Of a DNA stretch of 64,000 nucleotides, positions 39,141-52,662 are shown piece after piece. The position numbers and the translations under genes are program-made. The number at the start of each line of letters is the position of its first letter. Within the stretch, counting starts at the first letter, position 1. The stretch is from positions 19,440,912 through 19,504,911 of the forward strand of contig NC_092675.1 of the NCBI RefSeq assembly GCF_964355755.1, in the 5' to 3' direction. The DNA is from Antedon mediterranea (taxonomy: Eukaryota > Animalia > Echinodermata). The notes below the pieces were generated by a model, which was not told where the DNA came from, did not search any database, and saw only the letters and a program-made list of their open reading frames with translations.

Positions 39141-41616
39141 TAGTCCAGTCAATCTAATGATATACCCACCACAAATTGCAATAGTAACAAAGCAAGTATT
39201 TTTGAATTCCATATAAAGTGTAGAGCAACATACTAAAAGTCACCGAAAATCCAAGCATTGGGTCAAGGGGTCAGAGGTCAATAAAGGTCATTTTAAGTCA
39301 AAATTAATATGCCCCATTAATTACATATATTTAACCATTTGAAATACATTATATACAAGTGTGATTTATGTCATCCGAAAGCTTATTAAATTTCCTATTC
39401 AGTGATATCAAACTTATAGTCATAACATGTTATTTAGAATGTCATTTTTGCGGAAAAACACAACATAATGTGTCAATTTTGGCAAAAATGTTGTTTTAGC
39501 TGTAATCAACAATGGTATACACACAGGGATACCCTGGGGTGAACATTTCAGTCCAAAGCGATACACTAATGACCAGCTCAAGATGCAGATGAGTGACATC
39601 TCCGTTCCTGTTGCTTCTGGATGATCTACATTCCATTTTTTCCAGATGGCATTTGTGTTGCCATAGTTACAGTATTTATATTGGGATGTATAAGTATTTT
39701 AACGATTTTTTAACCAGTAGAAATACAAAGATGTTCAACAGCAGTTTGACAATGACCTCCATGTTGTATGACGTTCGCACCATCTGGACTGGATTGAAAG
39801 GGTTTCTATGAGAAGCCTCAAAGAAAACCAGAGGTTTGGCAAGAGATATAGGAATGAGTACATCCAGACCAAATCTGCGCTGAAATGTATGTAATGAAAA
39901 ATAATGCAATAGTATCAGGGCGTTACTCCAGCAGCGGCCAACATAAGACCTTATGGCCACACGTCAGGGACACAATGGCAATTGAAAAATACATTTGGTT
40001 ACGACTCAGAGACTTCATACCATTGATACGGGAGTTACTGCAGGTGATTCGGAATATAAGCAATGTGGTATTAAGCATTGAATATTTTGGCCTTGCAATG
40101 TATTCAAGATCCTGGCAATCAAGTCATATGTACATACAGGCAAATATGTGTGCATTGATCCTACAGTTCCAGAGGAGACTCGAGGTGACAACACATGAAC
40201 ATGAACTTTGTTATCCACCAGCACTTTTTGAAACTACCAACTTACAATACTTTCAGCTAATAAACCAACATGATGCTATGTGGAAACAACTTCTTCTGAA
40301 TAGTCTAACACATCCAAATCACTGAATGATGTCCAGTAGGCCTACATTCTAGATGGTAGTGCTCTACTGCACAGCATTCCATGGAATAGTGTAGAGATCT
40401 GTAAAAAATATTGCTCTGCCATCATAGTCTTTGATGATTATGAAAGCGGTTCATACACCAAAGACGGCGCACATGGTAAGGCGTGTCAGGTGGTAGTGTC
40501 CCTGTACATTTTACCAGTGACATGTTCCACAAAATTAGATCACTTTCTGTAACAAACAACAATTTATAAATCTTCGTAACTAGTATTTGAACAACATGGC
40601 AATGAGTGAATGCAACTGCTGATGCAGATGTTCTTTCGGATAGTACAAAAAACCATTGAATCAGCAAACAGGAAAACATCTGTCATTATCCGATGACACG
40701 GATCTACTAGTGCTCCTCTGCAGTCAAGCATTTAAAACATATTGTGATATTCTTTAGACTGGAACTGAGATGCTGGACTATCAAACTGGTTCAAACAGTA
40801 CTTTTGAGAGACATCTGTGATAACCTTCTGTTTGCTCATGCGATACTGGTGACACAACATCCAGAGTTTTCAGAATTGCCTCTAAAAAAAGCTTGTCATT
40901 GCACTTATTTCTTACATTATGCTGTAGTCTTCAGATGCAAACAAGCTACAAAGGATGACATTGTGATTGCTAGAGAAAATGATTTAGTGTGTCTGTACAA
41001 TGGACGACCTGGAAAACGTGGAATGCCTTTGAATCCATCCCATCTACAAGTACAACCTCGCATATCGCCAACTTCATAATCGTACCACAACCAAGGTACT
41101 TAACATCATTTCAAGTTCAAGTTATCTTTTAGCAATGGAGTGGGGTTGATATGTGTACCGAGGATTGGGGATGGAAGATCAGATGATGGAAACATGGTTC
41201 CTCTACGCACAGACTTAAAGCCAGCACCTGAGTATCTCCTTGAAGCATTCAGGGGTAACTAGAACTACATGTGGTGAATGCAATGGCATTTCACTGTACT
41301 AATACCCGAACAAGAAAGTGATACTGATGACATATAAGTTGTGAGTCCTTTTCTATTTGAAGGGTTTAACAATATCATCCCACACGGAGCAATTCAAATA
41401 AAAAGGTCTGGATTAAAATGATCCAAACAAAATATACAAAAATATCACAATACACAGTACAATATAACAAGAGTCAAAGTTCAAGAAGAGTCGGATGGCA
41501 ACTGGCAAAAACGAATTTCTTTTCCGGTTTGTTCTACATGCATCGAAAGCGACACCCATGAGGCATAAGCTCGAAATCACTGAACAAGGCACCCAGGTAA
41601 GAATTTGATCTCATAG

Positions 41617-42100
41617 TGATCTCATGTTGATCTCAACATTGATGTCAGCCTCTGAGATATTTTAGAGATCACTTATGATATCATATTGAAATCACAAATA
41701 GATACCAGAGTGATATCAGCAATTGATATCATAGAATGATCTCATGGTGATCTCAACATTGATGTCAGCCTCTGAGATATTTGAGAGATCACTTATGATA
41801 TCATATTGAAGTCACAAATAGATACCAGAGTGATATCAGCAATTGATATCATATAATGATCTCATGTTGATCTCAACATTGATGTCAGCCTCTGAGATAT
41901 TTGAGAGATCACTTATGATATCATATTGAAATCACAAATAGATACCAGAGTGATATCAGCAATTGATATCATAGAATGATCTCATGGCGATCTCAACATT
42001 GATGTCGGCCTCTGAGATATTCAAGAGATCAATTATGATATCATATTGAAATCACAAATAGATACCAAAGTGATATCAGCAATTGATATCATAAAATGAG
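41617..42100. repeat. Tandem repeat, 120-bp unit, ~4 copies
   Basis: gatgtc[a/g]gcc occurs at 41641, 41761, 41881 and 42001. Confidence 0.95.
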
Positions 42101-44959
42101 ATCATGGTGAGATTGCCATGAAGATAATAAGGAGATCATGGTGAGATCGCCATGAGATAATAATGAGATCATAGTGAGATCGCCATGATATACTAATGAG
42201 ATCATGGTAAGATCACAATGAGATCCTGATGAGGTCGCCATGAGATAATTATAATAAATAATCATAGGAAATAATGGTGAGATCACTTTGAGCCTAACAA
42301 TAATAAATATACCATAGAAATATCTTTGATTTAGTGCCTATTCTTGCGGACTAGATGTTACACTCTCAATAACATGATCCTCCCCTACCGCGAGAGTCAT
42401 AAATAAACCAAATACAAGTAATGTAATAATAGGCAAGTAACATTTTATTATTACAAGCTATTTTAAAATCTTGATTAAACAAAAAATAGTAAGCAAAGTG
42501 TCTATTAAAATTAAAAAGGAAGCTGAAAAAAAGTTGTTATTCTATGTTGGTTTGTTGGTATATTTTATCGGATCTACGGCACGTGGTTAAAGCGGAGTTA
42601 TAATGATGTTAGTAAAAAAAATAGTAGTTCCATGTGTGTCTTGGAGTTGGTGGGGCTGCTTTTCTTTTAATTCTGCTCGCAGCATTTGAAAGAAAAACCT
42701 CCATCTGTTTTCCGGCTTCCATTTTTACTGTTGTATTGATGTACTACTTTCCCCTCTTCACTTTTATGTTGTCATCCTTGTGGAAGTGTTTCACTGTAGC
42801 TGCAACAGCAAAATAAATAATATATTATAGGCCTATTTCATTTTATTAAAAAATCAGTTATTGCACTACCCAATTTGAGAAATATGTGCCACCCCCTTTC
42901 AAAAGCAAATCTAATTCGCCGAGATCCGGGCCACTCACAGGACTAAAGCATTTCTAGCTTTAATTGTGTACAGTACTGTACACTTATATCTTGAGTGAGA
43001 TCTGGGTGCAGCACAGCATCATAAGAATTGGGCTACAGATTTTACTCAACATCTGCATAGGCCTATACATAGTTCAATATGTAGTACCTAGTAAAAGGAT
43101 TTAAAACTATTTTAAAATTATTTTATGAAAAACTACAGAGTTTGGTCAGTAATATGTTTAAAATTTAAACATTTTTTAACGGATTTAAAGTTAATAGTTA
43201 TAGATTCCAACAACATTATACGTTGAAAATAGATAATTTAATCTCGTATTTATAATACGCATTGTGCTACAGTACTTTTTTTTTAAAGGTTATGTATGGC
43301 CTATAAATAGTTCAATATGTAGTACTGTACTTAGATAAATAATGCATACACAATCACTATATAAAGTCTCAAATTATAAATGGATATAAATAATATTACT
43401 GTAACAGTGTAATAATTATTGCACAACATAATTATTATCAAGTCAATGAGTAAAGCACTAAATACCAACCTTTTATTTCTGAAATCATTGATCATCCCAT
43501 ATTAGATATTATCTCAATGGTCATCTGTATACTGTATTTAGATGCACATCATGTCACATCACCTTCACCTCAGTGAAAGCTAGGGCAAATCGGACCACTG
43601 GACAGCAACACTTGTTTATACTGTAGTAACTCCCGTTAGAAATCCCATTAGAACAATTATAAATTCCACAATATACCAACTCAGTGAAAAGTTAATAGAT
43701 TATCATTATTCTCTCCAGTCTTCGGACAAGCAAAATTAGTTCAATTCAATAAAGCTCATATACATTCAACAGTATTATTACTTCTTTTAATGTAAAACAA
43801 CCGTCAACGTATATCAGAAGATATTACAGTTTACTGTATTAAAACAGTTATTATTCCATTGCTGTCTTTTCTAGCTAATGGCTTGTTATGGCCTACTTAG
43901 CTACTTACTAGGCTATAGGCCTACATCTGAAAAAAAGAAAGTGAGTGAGTGTATTGTATAGCTGTGATACCTAGCATGTGTTTATAGGAGCTGCAGACAG
44001 CCTAGCCAGGCCTACAACATACCATTTTATAACCTTCATAAAAAGTACTGGAGTTATCCTTGGCATAGTATCCAGTAATTATAATACAGTTGAGTTCAGC
44101 ACCCTGCCAGGCTCTAGTTAGTTTCTTATTATCACAACACAAGCCAAGTGGACTAAGGCTATAGTTATTATTGTAAACTAGTTAAACTGTAAGGACTACG
44201 CTTATAAATTAGTAGATTACTAAATAAAAACAAGACTGTTTTCTTACCTGTATTTACAATTATCAAAAAGATGAGTCTTTGTCTCAACACCACCACCATC
44301 AACACCAAGCAACTGACAACAGTTTAAAAAGTGTATCAAAATGAAACGAACCAATGACAAGCTTGTATCTTATGAAATTTGATCTTGCGTGAAAGGTCAT
44401 TTTGATTCAATACAACTGGTATAGGCTATACATTACTATATGTAGAACATTTGTATTAAAACAAATACTGTATAATATATAAAACCATGTTGTCATTTTA
44501 ACCAAAATTGTCAAATGAATTTCAACGTTAAATTAACGTTAAAATAACACTGATAAACAAACAAACTTAATAGTTGGTTAAAAACACTACATAACTTCAA
44601 CCTTTTTTGACAAAAATGTCAACTAAATTTGAACATTATTTCAACGTTAAATTAACATTGATAAATAAACGTAAAAGGTTAGTTAGAAAGACAATGTTAT
44701 TTCAACGTTGAATCAACGTTTAGAATACGCTGTTAACATCATTTCAACACATCAACGAAATTTTAACGTTGATTCAAACGTTGGAATTATGTTCTGTGCC
44801 CACTGGAATATATTTTGTTAGAGTTTAATGAGCATGGCGAGGTATGAAATAAAATGTTATCCCAAGGTATGAGACTGATGTAAGTCTGAGATTATCGGAT
44901 GATATCATAAAATTAAAAGTTTCATATCAGAATTGATCATTGTATTATATAATTAGTAT

Positions 44960-46330
44960 GAGAAGTTTCTGATAGACTGATATCTAAATTATATTATGTA
45001 TATGATATCATTGTGTGAGAGGTTGCCGATATCAAACTGATATCTGAGTTATATCATATTGTATGATATCATTTGTGTAAGAATTTGCCGATATCAGACT
45101 GATATCTTAGTTATATCATATTGTATGATATCATTGTGTAAGAAGTTGCCGATATCAGACTGATGTCTGAGTTATATCATTTTGTATGATATCATTTGTG
45201 TAAGAAGTTGCCGATATCAGACTGATATCTTAGTTGTATCATATTTTATGATATCATTGTGTAAGAAGTTGCCGATATCAGACTGATATCTTAGTTATAT
45301 CATATTGTATGATATCATTGTGTGAGAGGTTGCCGATATCAGACTGATATCTAAGTTATATCATATTGTATGATATCATTAGTGTGAGAAGTTGCCGATA
45401 TCGGACTGATATTTTAGTTATATCATATTGTATGATATCATTGTGCAAGAAGTTGCCGATATCAGACTGATATCTTAGTTATATCATAAGTATGATATCA
45501 TTTGTATAAGAAGTTGCCGATATCAGACTGATATCTAAGTTATATCATAAGTATGATATCATTTGTGTAAGAAGTTGCCGATATCAGACTGATATCTTAG
45601 TTATATCATATTGTATGATATAATTGTGTGAGAAGTTGCCGATATCAGACTGATATCTGAGTTATATCATAATGTATGATATCATTTGTGTGAGAAGTTG
45701 CCGGTATCAGACTGATATCTTAGTTATATCATATTGTATGATATCATTGTGTAAGAAGTTGCCGATATCAGACTGATATCTTAGTTATATCATATTGTAT
45801 GATATCATTGTGTGAGAGGTTGCCGATATCAGACTGATATCTTAGTTATATCATATTGTATGATATCATTGGATTTGTGTAAGAAGTTGCCGATATCAGA
45901 CTGATATCTTAGTTATATCATATTGTATGATATCATTGTGTGAGAAGTTGCCGATATCAGACTGATATCTTAGTTACATCATATTGTATGATATCATTGT
46001 GTGAGAAGTTGCCGATATCGGACTGATATCTAAGTTATATCATATTGTATGATATCAAAGTGTGATAAGTTTCTTATATCAGACTGATATCTGAGTTTTA
46101 CCATATTGTATGACATCAAAGTGTGATAAGTTTGTGATATCAGAATGATATCTCAATTATATCATATTGTTTGATATCATTAGTGTGAAAATTTTTTGAT
46201 ATCAGACTGATATCTGAGTTGTATCATGTGTATGATATCATTAGTGTGAAAAGTTTTTGATATCAGACTGATATCTTAATTGTATCACATGTACGATATC
46301 AGTCGTGTGAGATGTTTCTGATATCATAGT
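44960..46330. repeat. Tandem repeat, 61-62-bp unit, ~22 copies, rich in GATATC
   Basis: Unit gatatcagactgatatcttagttatatcatattgtatgatatcattgtgtaagaagttgcc. Confidence 0.95.
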
Positions 46331-46689
46331 GATATGTGGTTTATATCATGTCTTGACTGGGCATGGTTAACATTTTTTAGAATAGCTCTACTTTTTTCTA
46401 GAGTTTGCATGTCACAGAAGGAAGATAAGCTACAAAGTTGACAACCTATTAATTTAGAACTTAAGTTAACAATTCTTTGTAGTGAGTTTCTCTCTTTGAC
46501 CCTAAGACTAAAAAACCAGCATATAAAGGAAAAAAGTTAAAACGTTCTTAATAAAGGAATTATAAAAAAAGCCTGAGAATTACTTTATCTATCGACATTA
46601 AAATGGTTCAGCTTCCTTAACAGATAAAGTCTCTGGTGTCCTTTCTTTACTATTCATGCCTCTGTATTTAATTCCCAGCTGAGATTTTC

Positions 46690-46972
46690 CTCAAATATAG
46701 TACCTAGGTATTTAAAGGAATGGACAATATCGCTGGTTCGTCATTTATGATGGATACCAGAGGGCTGCGTCCTTTCTCCTTCCTAAAATCTACAATCATG
46801 TCCTTGGTTTTGGTCACATTGGGTTCCAAGTAGAAGTTTCCACAAAATTGGATAAAACAATCTAATGCGGAACCATGACCGTCCTGTGAATTTTGAAGGA
46901 GAGACAGCAAGACAGTGTCGTCAGCAAATTTGACAAGATGACTATTGTCCTGTTCTCTGCGACAGTCATCAT
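46690..46972 (-). mobile_element. Rex1/Babar- or L2-like RT fragment
   Basis: HLVKFADDTVLLSLL..NVTKTKDMIVDFRK, then a frameshifted KYLGTIF. Confidence 0.7.
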
Positions 46973-48193
46973 TCTTCTAGCTAGCATTATTTTTCCTATT
47001 TCATGATGATACAATTATAGGTACAGGAAAAACATTATTTGCACCAAATACTACCAAAATATAAATAAAATATATATAACCATGATTTAGTTTTACGTAA
47101 AAGGTCAATGACCTCTATAGTTACATAAAAACTGTTGTATCAATTAGTTTTTAGAGTAAGCAATACATATTATACACATTTGTAGTTATTTAGATGTTAT
47201 TGGCAGGCATAAAATAATGTTACCTACTACTACACTACCTGTTGTTGATAACAATTTATCATTATTATAGGATTATTTTTATTATTGTTATTATTATTTA
47301 TTTATTTATTATAAGTGCATAATTAATTCAAAATACTTAACATCATTTTTCCTAATTCATATGACGATAGGTACAGAAAAAACACAAGTTACATCAAATG
47401 CATCGACAATTATGGAATAAGACATTGCATGTTAATAATTTTGTTAGGAAAAATTTGAGTTTTTGTAAAAGGTCAATAACCTTTTGACCTCTAGTTACGT
47501 ATAACTGTTGTATTAATTGTTTTTTTAATGTATATTAGTAGGATATATATACTCTACACATTGGTACTAAATCTATTTAGATATGATTATAAAATAATAG
47601 ATTATAGGCATAAACGCTACCCCCTACCCCAAAATTGTTTACATTACATTTGATCAAGAATCAATTTCAATAATAATAGTACATCATTACTTAAAATTCT
47701 TCTAGTTAACATCATGTTTCCTATTTTATATATCGATAGGTACAGAAAAAACACAATTTTGATTAAAATGCATCCACAATTATGGCATACGATATTGCAG
47801 TTAATCATTTTTTTAAGGAAAAAATGATTTTTTGTAAAAGGTCAATAACCCTTTGACCTCTAGTTATATAAATAAGTGTTGTATTTTGTTTTTTTAAATT
47901 GCATTTTAGAAAGAAATATATATTCTACACATTGATATCAAGATTATTGAGATTGGATTATAAACCCACAAGTTATGGGCATAAATGTTACCCCTACCCC
48001 AAAAATATTGACGGAATAAAATCACTATATAGTTGTTGAGATTACGTAAAAAATAATGTGTTCCAATGCTTCAATTTTCGGTGACTTTTAATATGTCATT
48101 CTAAACTACATTTGGAATGAAAAAATTAATGTTTCGTTACTATTGCAATTTGTGGTGGGTTTACCTCTAAATATCACTAGATTGACTGGACTA

Positions 48194-48362
48194 GCGGTGG
48201 AAGGTCTGACAATTTAAGAGCAGACTCGTAGGATACATAGTTCATACCATAAATGATTCGTAGAGCTCTTTTTTGAACTCTTTCTATTGACTTAGTTTGG
48301 TCTTTCGTAATTGAACTGTGCCACACAGGGCATGCATATTCAACTAAAGGACGTATATAGCG
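48194..48362 (-). mobile_element. 5' part of the CR1/L2-like LINE fragment split by the Academ element
   Basis: YIRPLVEYACPVWHSSITKDQTKSIERVQKRALRII..LSDLPP joins in frame to 39140. Confidence 0.75.
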
Positions 48363-48364
48363 GC

Positions 48365-50700
48365 GTTTTTTGTAAGAAATATTTCTTGTTTAATATAATG
48401 TGTTTATAGATATAATGACAATTTCTCGTGTTCACAGAAATGAATGTCTGTAATTTAGATTCAACTTCATTAGTTGTGTTTACACTTTGTTCAATTAATT
48501 TATGTTTCCAGAGCTTTGGAATTGAATTTACAATCTGGTGATATAATAAGAAGTCTGGTTTAAAATTATATTTTTGGTTAAATTCGTAGTTCTAATATTT
48601 TCTCTTCTTTGTTCACGATATCTTTTGCATAGTTTACATTTTTATCCAACCAATTTTTTTCAACTTTAAATTCTCTTTTATCAAAACATGAGTTGTTCCA
48701 TAAAGATTGATTTAAGATGTCCTCTATCGTATACGGTTCTACAAAATTGTATTCACTCCACGCAGAGAGTATATCTTTATGGAACCTTTCAAATTGTTTT
48801 AATATTTTTGAAGATTTAGAAAAGTTGGTTTCGAAAACAATATTTCCTCCAACCTCTTTAATCTTACTTTTTAAAAACACTTTCCACTTGGATTGATTTC
48901 CATCAAGATATCTTTTCACCCAACATGATTTGAGAGATGTACAGTAACTCTTAATATGGGGAATTTTTAACCCTCCTTCGTCAAAATTGTTAAGCATGAC
49001 TTTTCTTTTGACTTTATCGGGTTTTCCGTTCCATATAAATTTAAATATTTTACTTTGAATATCTTGAAGGAAACAATCGGGTGGATCTGGTAAATTCGAG
49101 AAAACATACGTGAATATCGGGAGAAACAGTGACTTAATAATAGTTGCTTTTCCAAACAAAGTAAGTGAGCGTTGTTTCCACATATTTAATACTTGTTCAG
49201 CATTCTTAGCTTTATCTGGAAAATTGAGTCTGAAAATATCATTAAAATTACAAGAAATATTAACACCCAAGTATTTTACTGGGCCTTTGGTCCAAGAAAT
49301 ACTTTTCTCAGATGGCGTTTTATAGTCGCAGTTTCTTAACGATCCTATTCTCATAATGTGCAGAATATATAGAAAATTCATCCAGTATATCTAGAATCTG
49401 TTTAATTGAGTTTTGGTCTTTGAGAAAAAACACAGTGTCATCTGCAAATTGGCTAATTCTTATGTCTACATTATTGTACTCTATACCTTTAAATGTGTCT
49501 GATTGACGTACCATGTTACCTAGTGTTTCTGCACAAATTATAAAAAGATATGGGGATAAGGGACATCCTTGACGCAGGCCTCGTTTTAAATTGAAGAATT
49601 TTGAGGTTACCCCGTTATTTATAACGCAACTAACAATGTCTTTTATCCAATTTATCATATTTTTACCAAAGCCAAATCTCTTAAGAGACATATCAAGGAA
49701 GTCCCATTTTACCTTATCGAAAGCCTTTTCGAAATCTACAAAAAATAGTAAGTTTGGCTTGTTGTGCATTTCTGCATATTCTATTACATCATAGACCAAT
49801 CTTATGTTTTCTCCAATATAGGCCCCTATCTGCCTTTAAGAAAGCCCGTTTGATCAGGATTAATTACTGATGGCAGCACACATTTTAAACGAGTCGCAAT
49901 GGCTTTTGCTACAATTTTATAATCCACATTTAAAAGCGAGATGGGACGCCAGTTTTTCAGTAATAGCGGAGATTTATCTTTTTTCGGTATAAGTGATATC
50001 ACCCTAGTTTCTGGGAGATACTTAAAAACCCGGATTGGAAAGAATAATGGTAAGCGTTAATTAGCGTATCTTTTATATCATTCCAAAAATAGTTTATAAA
50101 ACTCGGCAGGAAAAGCATTTGTCCCAGGGGTTTTATTGTTATCCATCGTTTTTAATGCTTCTAAACATTCTGTATCTCTAAGGGGCTGGTCACATATAGA
50201 TTCATCATCTTTATTGATTTTATCTATGTGTATCTTGTCAAAAATATCAGCAGGGTTGACATTGTTATTTTTGCCTTCAAAACTATATAATGATTCATAG
50301 AATCGTTTTTCTTCATTTATCTGTTGTAAGTTTAGTTATATGCTTTTTATTATAATTCCTCCTCTCTAAATTAAGGAAATATTTCGTGCTTTTTTCTCCT
50401 TCTTCTATCCAACGGGCTTTGGATCGAATCAGTGAGCCACGTGTTCTAATGTCATAGATTGATTCTAGTTCGTTTCTTTTAATTTGGATCATTTCGGTTA
50501 TTTTTTCATTACTGTTTACGCAATATTGCTCTTCTAAGGTTTTGATTTCATTGTTTAATCGATCCACGTCTTTTTTAATTGTTTTATTTAGTCTACCAGA
50601 ATACGACATTGATGTTCTCCTTGTATTGTATTCCAAATGTGAACCAAGTTGTTTTTCATAATTATCTTTTTTAGTACTGTAATTGCAAAATATTGTATCA
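48365..50700 (-). mobile_element. Decayed L1/Tx1-type LINE ORF2 (frameshifted)
   Basis: Motifs RSKARWIEEGEKSTKYF, PAEFY, NWRPISLLNVDYK, PDQTGF, VDFEKAFDKV, GLRQGCPLSPYLF, QFADD, KYLG and GGLKIP are spread across several frames. Confidence 0.92.
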
Positions 50701-50976
50701 AACAATCGCTATGAAAAACACTACGTGTGTTAAAATATATTTAGTGGTACTTTTAGCGCGGTTGCAGCTAGCGACAGAACATCATTTGTAAACGTGTTTC
50801 TAAATAATAAACATGATTGTCTATTCCTGTCGATCAGGTGGAATGTCATACTTTAAAAATGTAAATATATATTTTATGTGTTATACTTTATTTACGAGTG
50901 GCTGGCCACTATTATAGAGCATTAATTTAATGTATATAAAATAAAAATATATTATATATTATTATTATTATTATTA

Positions 50977-51012
<36 letters not shown>

Positions 51013-52244
51013 TATTAAATAATAATAATATACTTGGCCTCGGAATCAATAACTGTATTTTGGCATGATAATTTTGAAACTTGTAACTATATCTTAATAA
51101 AAAACAAACTACAGTAACCTCTATCCTTGTATTTTATTGTGTGTTTATGTTTACTTAAAATAACTAGGAACTCACAGAAACAATTAAGAATTTAGATTTT
51201 TTTTTTTATTGCAAAATTTTTATAAATCTCATTTGAAAAAAAAAATCAATACACGTTATTTTTTCTAGTGTTTTAACCATAATTGGTCCAGATTTATGAG
51301 GATACATCGCAATTGACCAATTTACAACTTATCACGGAAGTTCGTAAACGAGTTCGAAATCCATCATGATTTTACAATAAAAACCGTTGTCAACAAGTAC
51401 TTCAGTCTGAACCATTGTCTGATCCTTGTATTGTATGTATTGTATGCTTCGTGTACGCGGTTGGCGCCTGTACAATGGGTGATTTTGTATTTTATAATTA
51501 TATAATAAATAATAATAATAAAATAATTCAGCTGAGATGTTATTTCATTATCATCATCATTCATTGCTATTGACGAATTTTTAATAATAAAGCAACATGT
51601 TTCCGCATGAAAGGAAGTTTTTTTCAGGTTCAGTGAACGTAATGATGGCAGATTTTTTATTTTATTTCCTTCCTAATCGTCTTCCCAGAATCATCACATG
51701 AATCTTGTAATAATTGTATCCGGTACTATATAATATACCAGTAAGTGGCACACGATCTTCACATAACATAAGGATAAGATTATAATAGGCTAGTAGGTAC
51801 AGAATAACAACCACTAAATAAGTTTAATGATTTATTGCATAGCATGTGAGTCGTTGAACTTTCAATTAATATTATATTAAGAAAAAAAAACAATTACAAT
51901 ATAGACATATTCAGAAGAGTAAGACGAATCGATTTTAAAAAAAAGATATTACATTATGTATGTTTGTTGCTTATACAAAAAAAAACATATTTACTAAAGC
52001 CATTTAAATTGTCTTATTATTTTTGTTGTCATAATTTTGTTATTGTTAACATTTCTGTTTTCTAATTCTTATTTACCTTTTTTAATTAATGCTACAATGG
52101 TAAGTTAATAATTTAGGGCTTTACTTTGTTATTTCTTTTTATCTGGCTTTCTTTGAAGAGTATCAATCAAGCCCTAATTGGAACATTTTTTGTCCGACAT
52201 TAAAAAAAAAAATGAAAATTAAAAATGGAATCTAATTTAAAATC

Positions 52245-52662
52245 TCACCAGGTAGTACTTGTAAAATCAAACATTTGCGATAATGATTTAGCAACTCGAA
52301 ACATTTGAATTAAGATAAATAGACAAGACAAAGTAAACAGCATTAGGTATATTGGTGATTTTGGAACTTTGTATTGCGTTTTTATACCCTGCCTTTTTAA
52401 ACGTTTCACTTCTCGTAAATTTGCTAAATCAAGCTCATGAATAAACGGCGAATTTAACTTTTTGTCGTCGTTAACTGAAGATAAATTCCATAAAGGATAG
52501 TGAAATCTAATGTTATTATATCGCTTTGCCCAACGTGCAAACACTGCTTTTTCTGTGATAAATAAATGACCCGTGTCCAAGTTGATCTCACTTTTCTTAT
52601 AGTAAGCACACTCTTTGTGCCCATTTTTCTCATAGTAGTGGTATAAGGTTGGGTCTGATTTT
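52245..52662 (-). CDS. ST6GalNAc III-VI-like sialyltransferase (GT29), coding exon 4
   Basis: Acceptor ttttcag| at 52663, phase 2. It contains motif III YHYYE, the VS motif HLFITEK and FHYPLW, then an ~80-aa extension to the stop. Confidence 0.88.

Larger units (their letters stand above)
41592..46361. mobile_element. Non-autonomous CACTA/EnSpm-like element nested in the Academ element
   Basis: Ends CCCAGGTAAGA / TCTTGACTGGG with a 2-bp CA duplication, and GATATC/GATCTC-rich subterminal tandem arrays at both ends. Confidence 0.72.
39141..48193 (+). mobile_element. Decayed Academ-type (XPG-domain) DNA transposon with nested insertions
   Basis: ~125-bp imperfect TIRs begin TAGTCCAGTCAATCTA. 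Frameshifted coding remnants at ~39500-41330 include YILDGSALLHSIPW, DADV, DDTDLLVLL, LLFAHAIL..DTTS, WGW, PAPEYLL and CGECNG. Three ~368-bp subterminal repeats lie at ~46985-48010. Confidence 0.8.

Noticed and set aside
39593-41079. Short ORFs as independent genes
   Set aside because: They overlap the frameshifted Academ transposase remnant.
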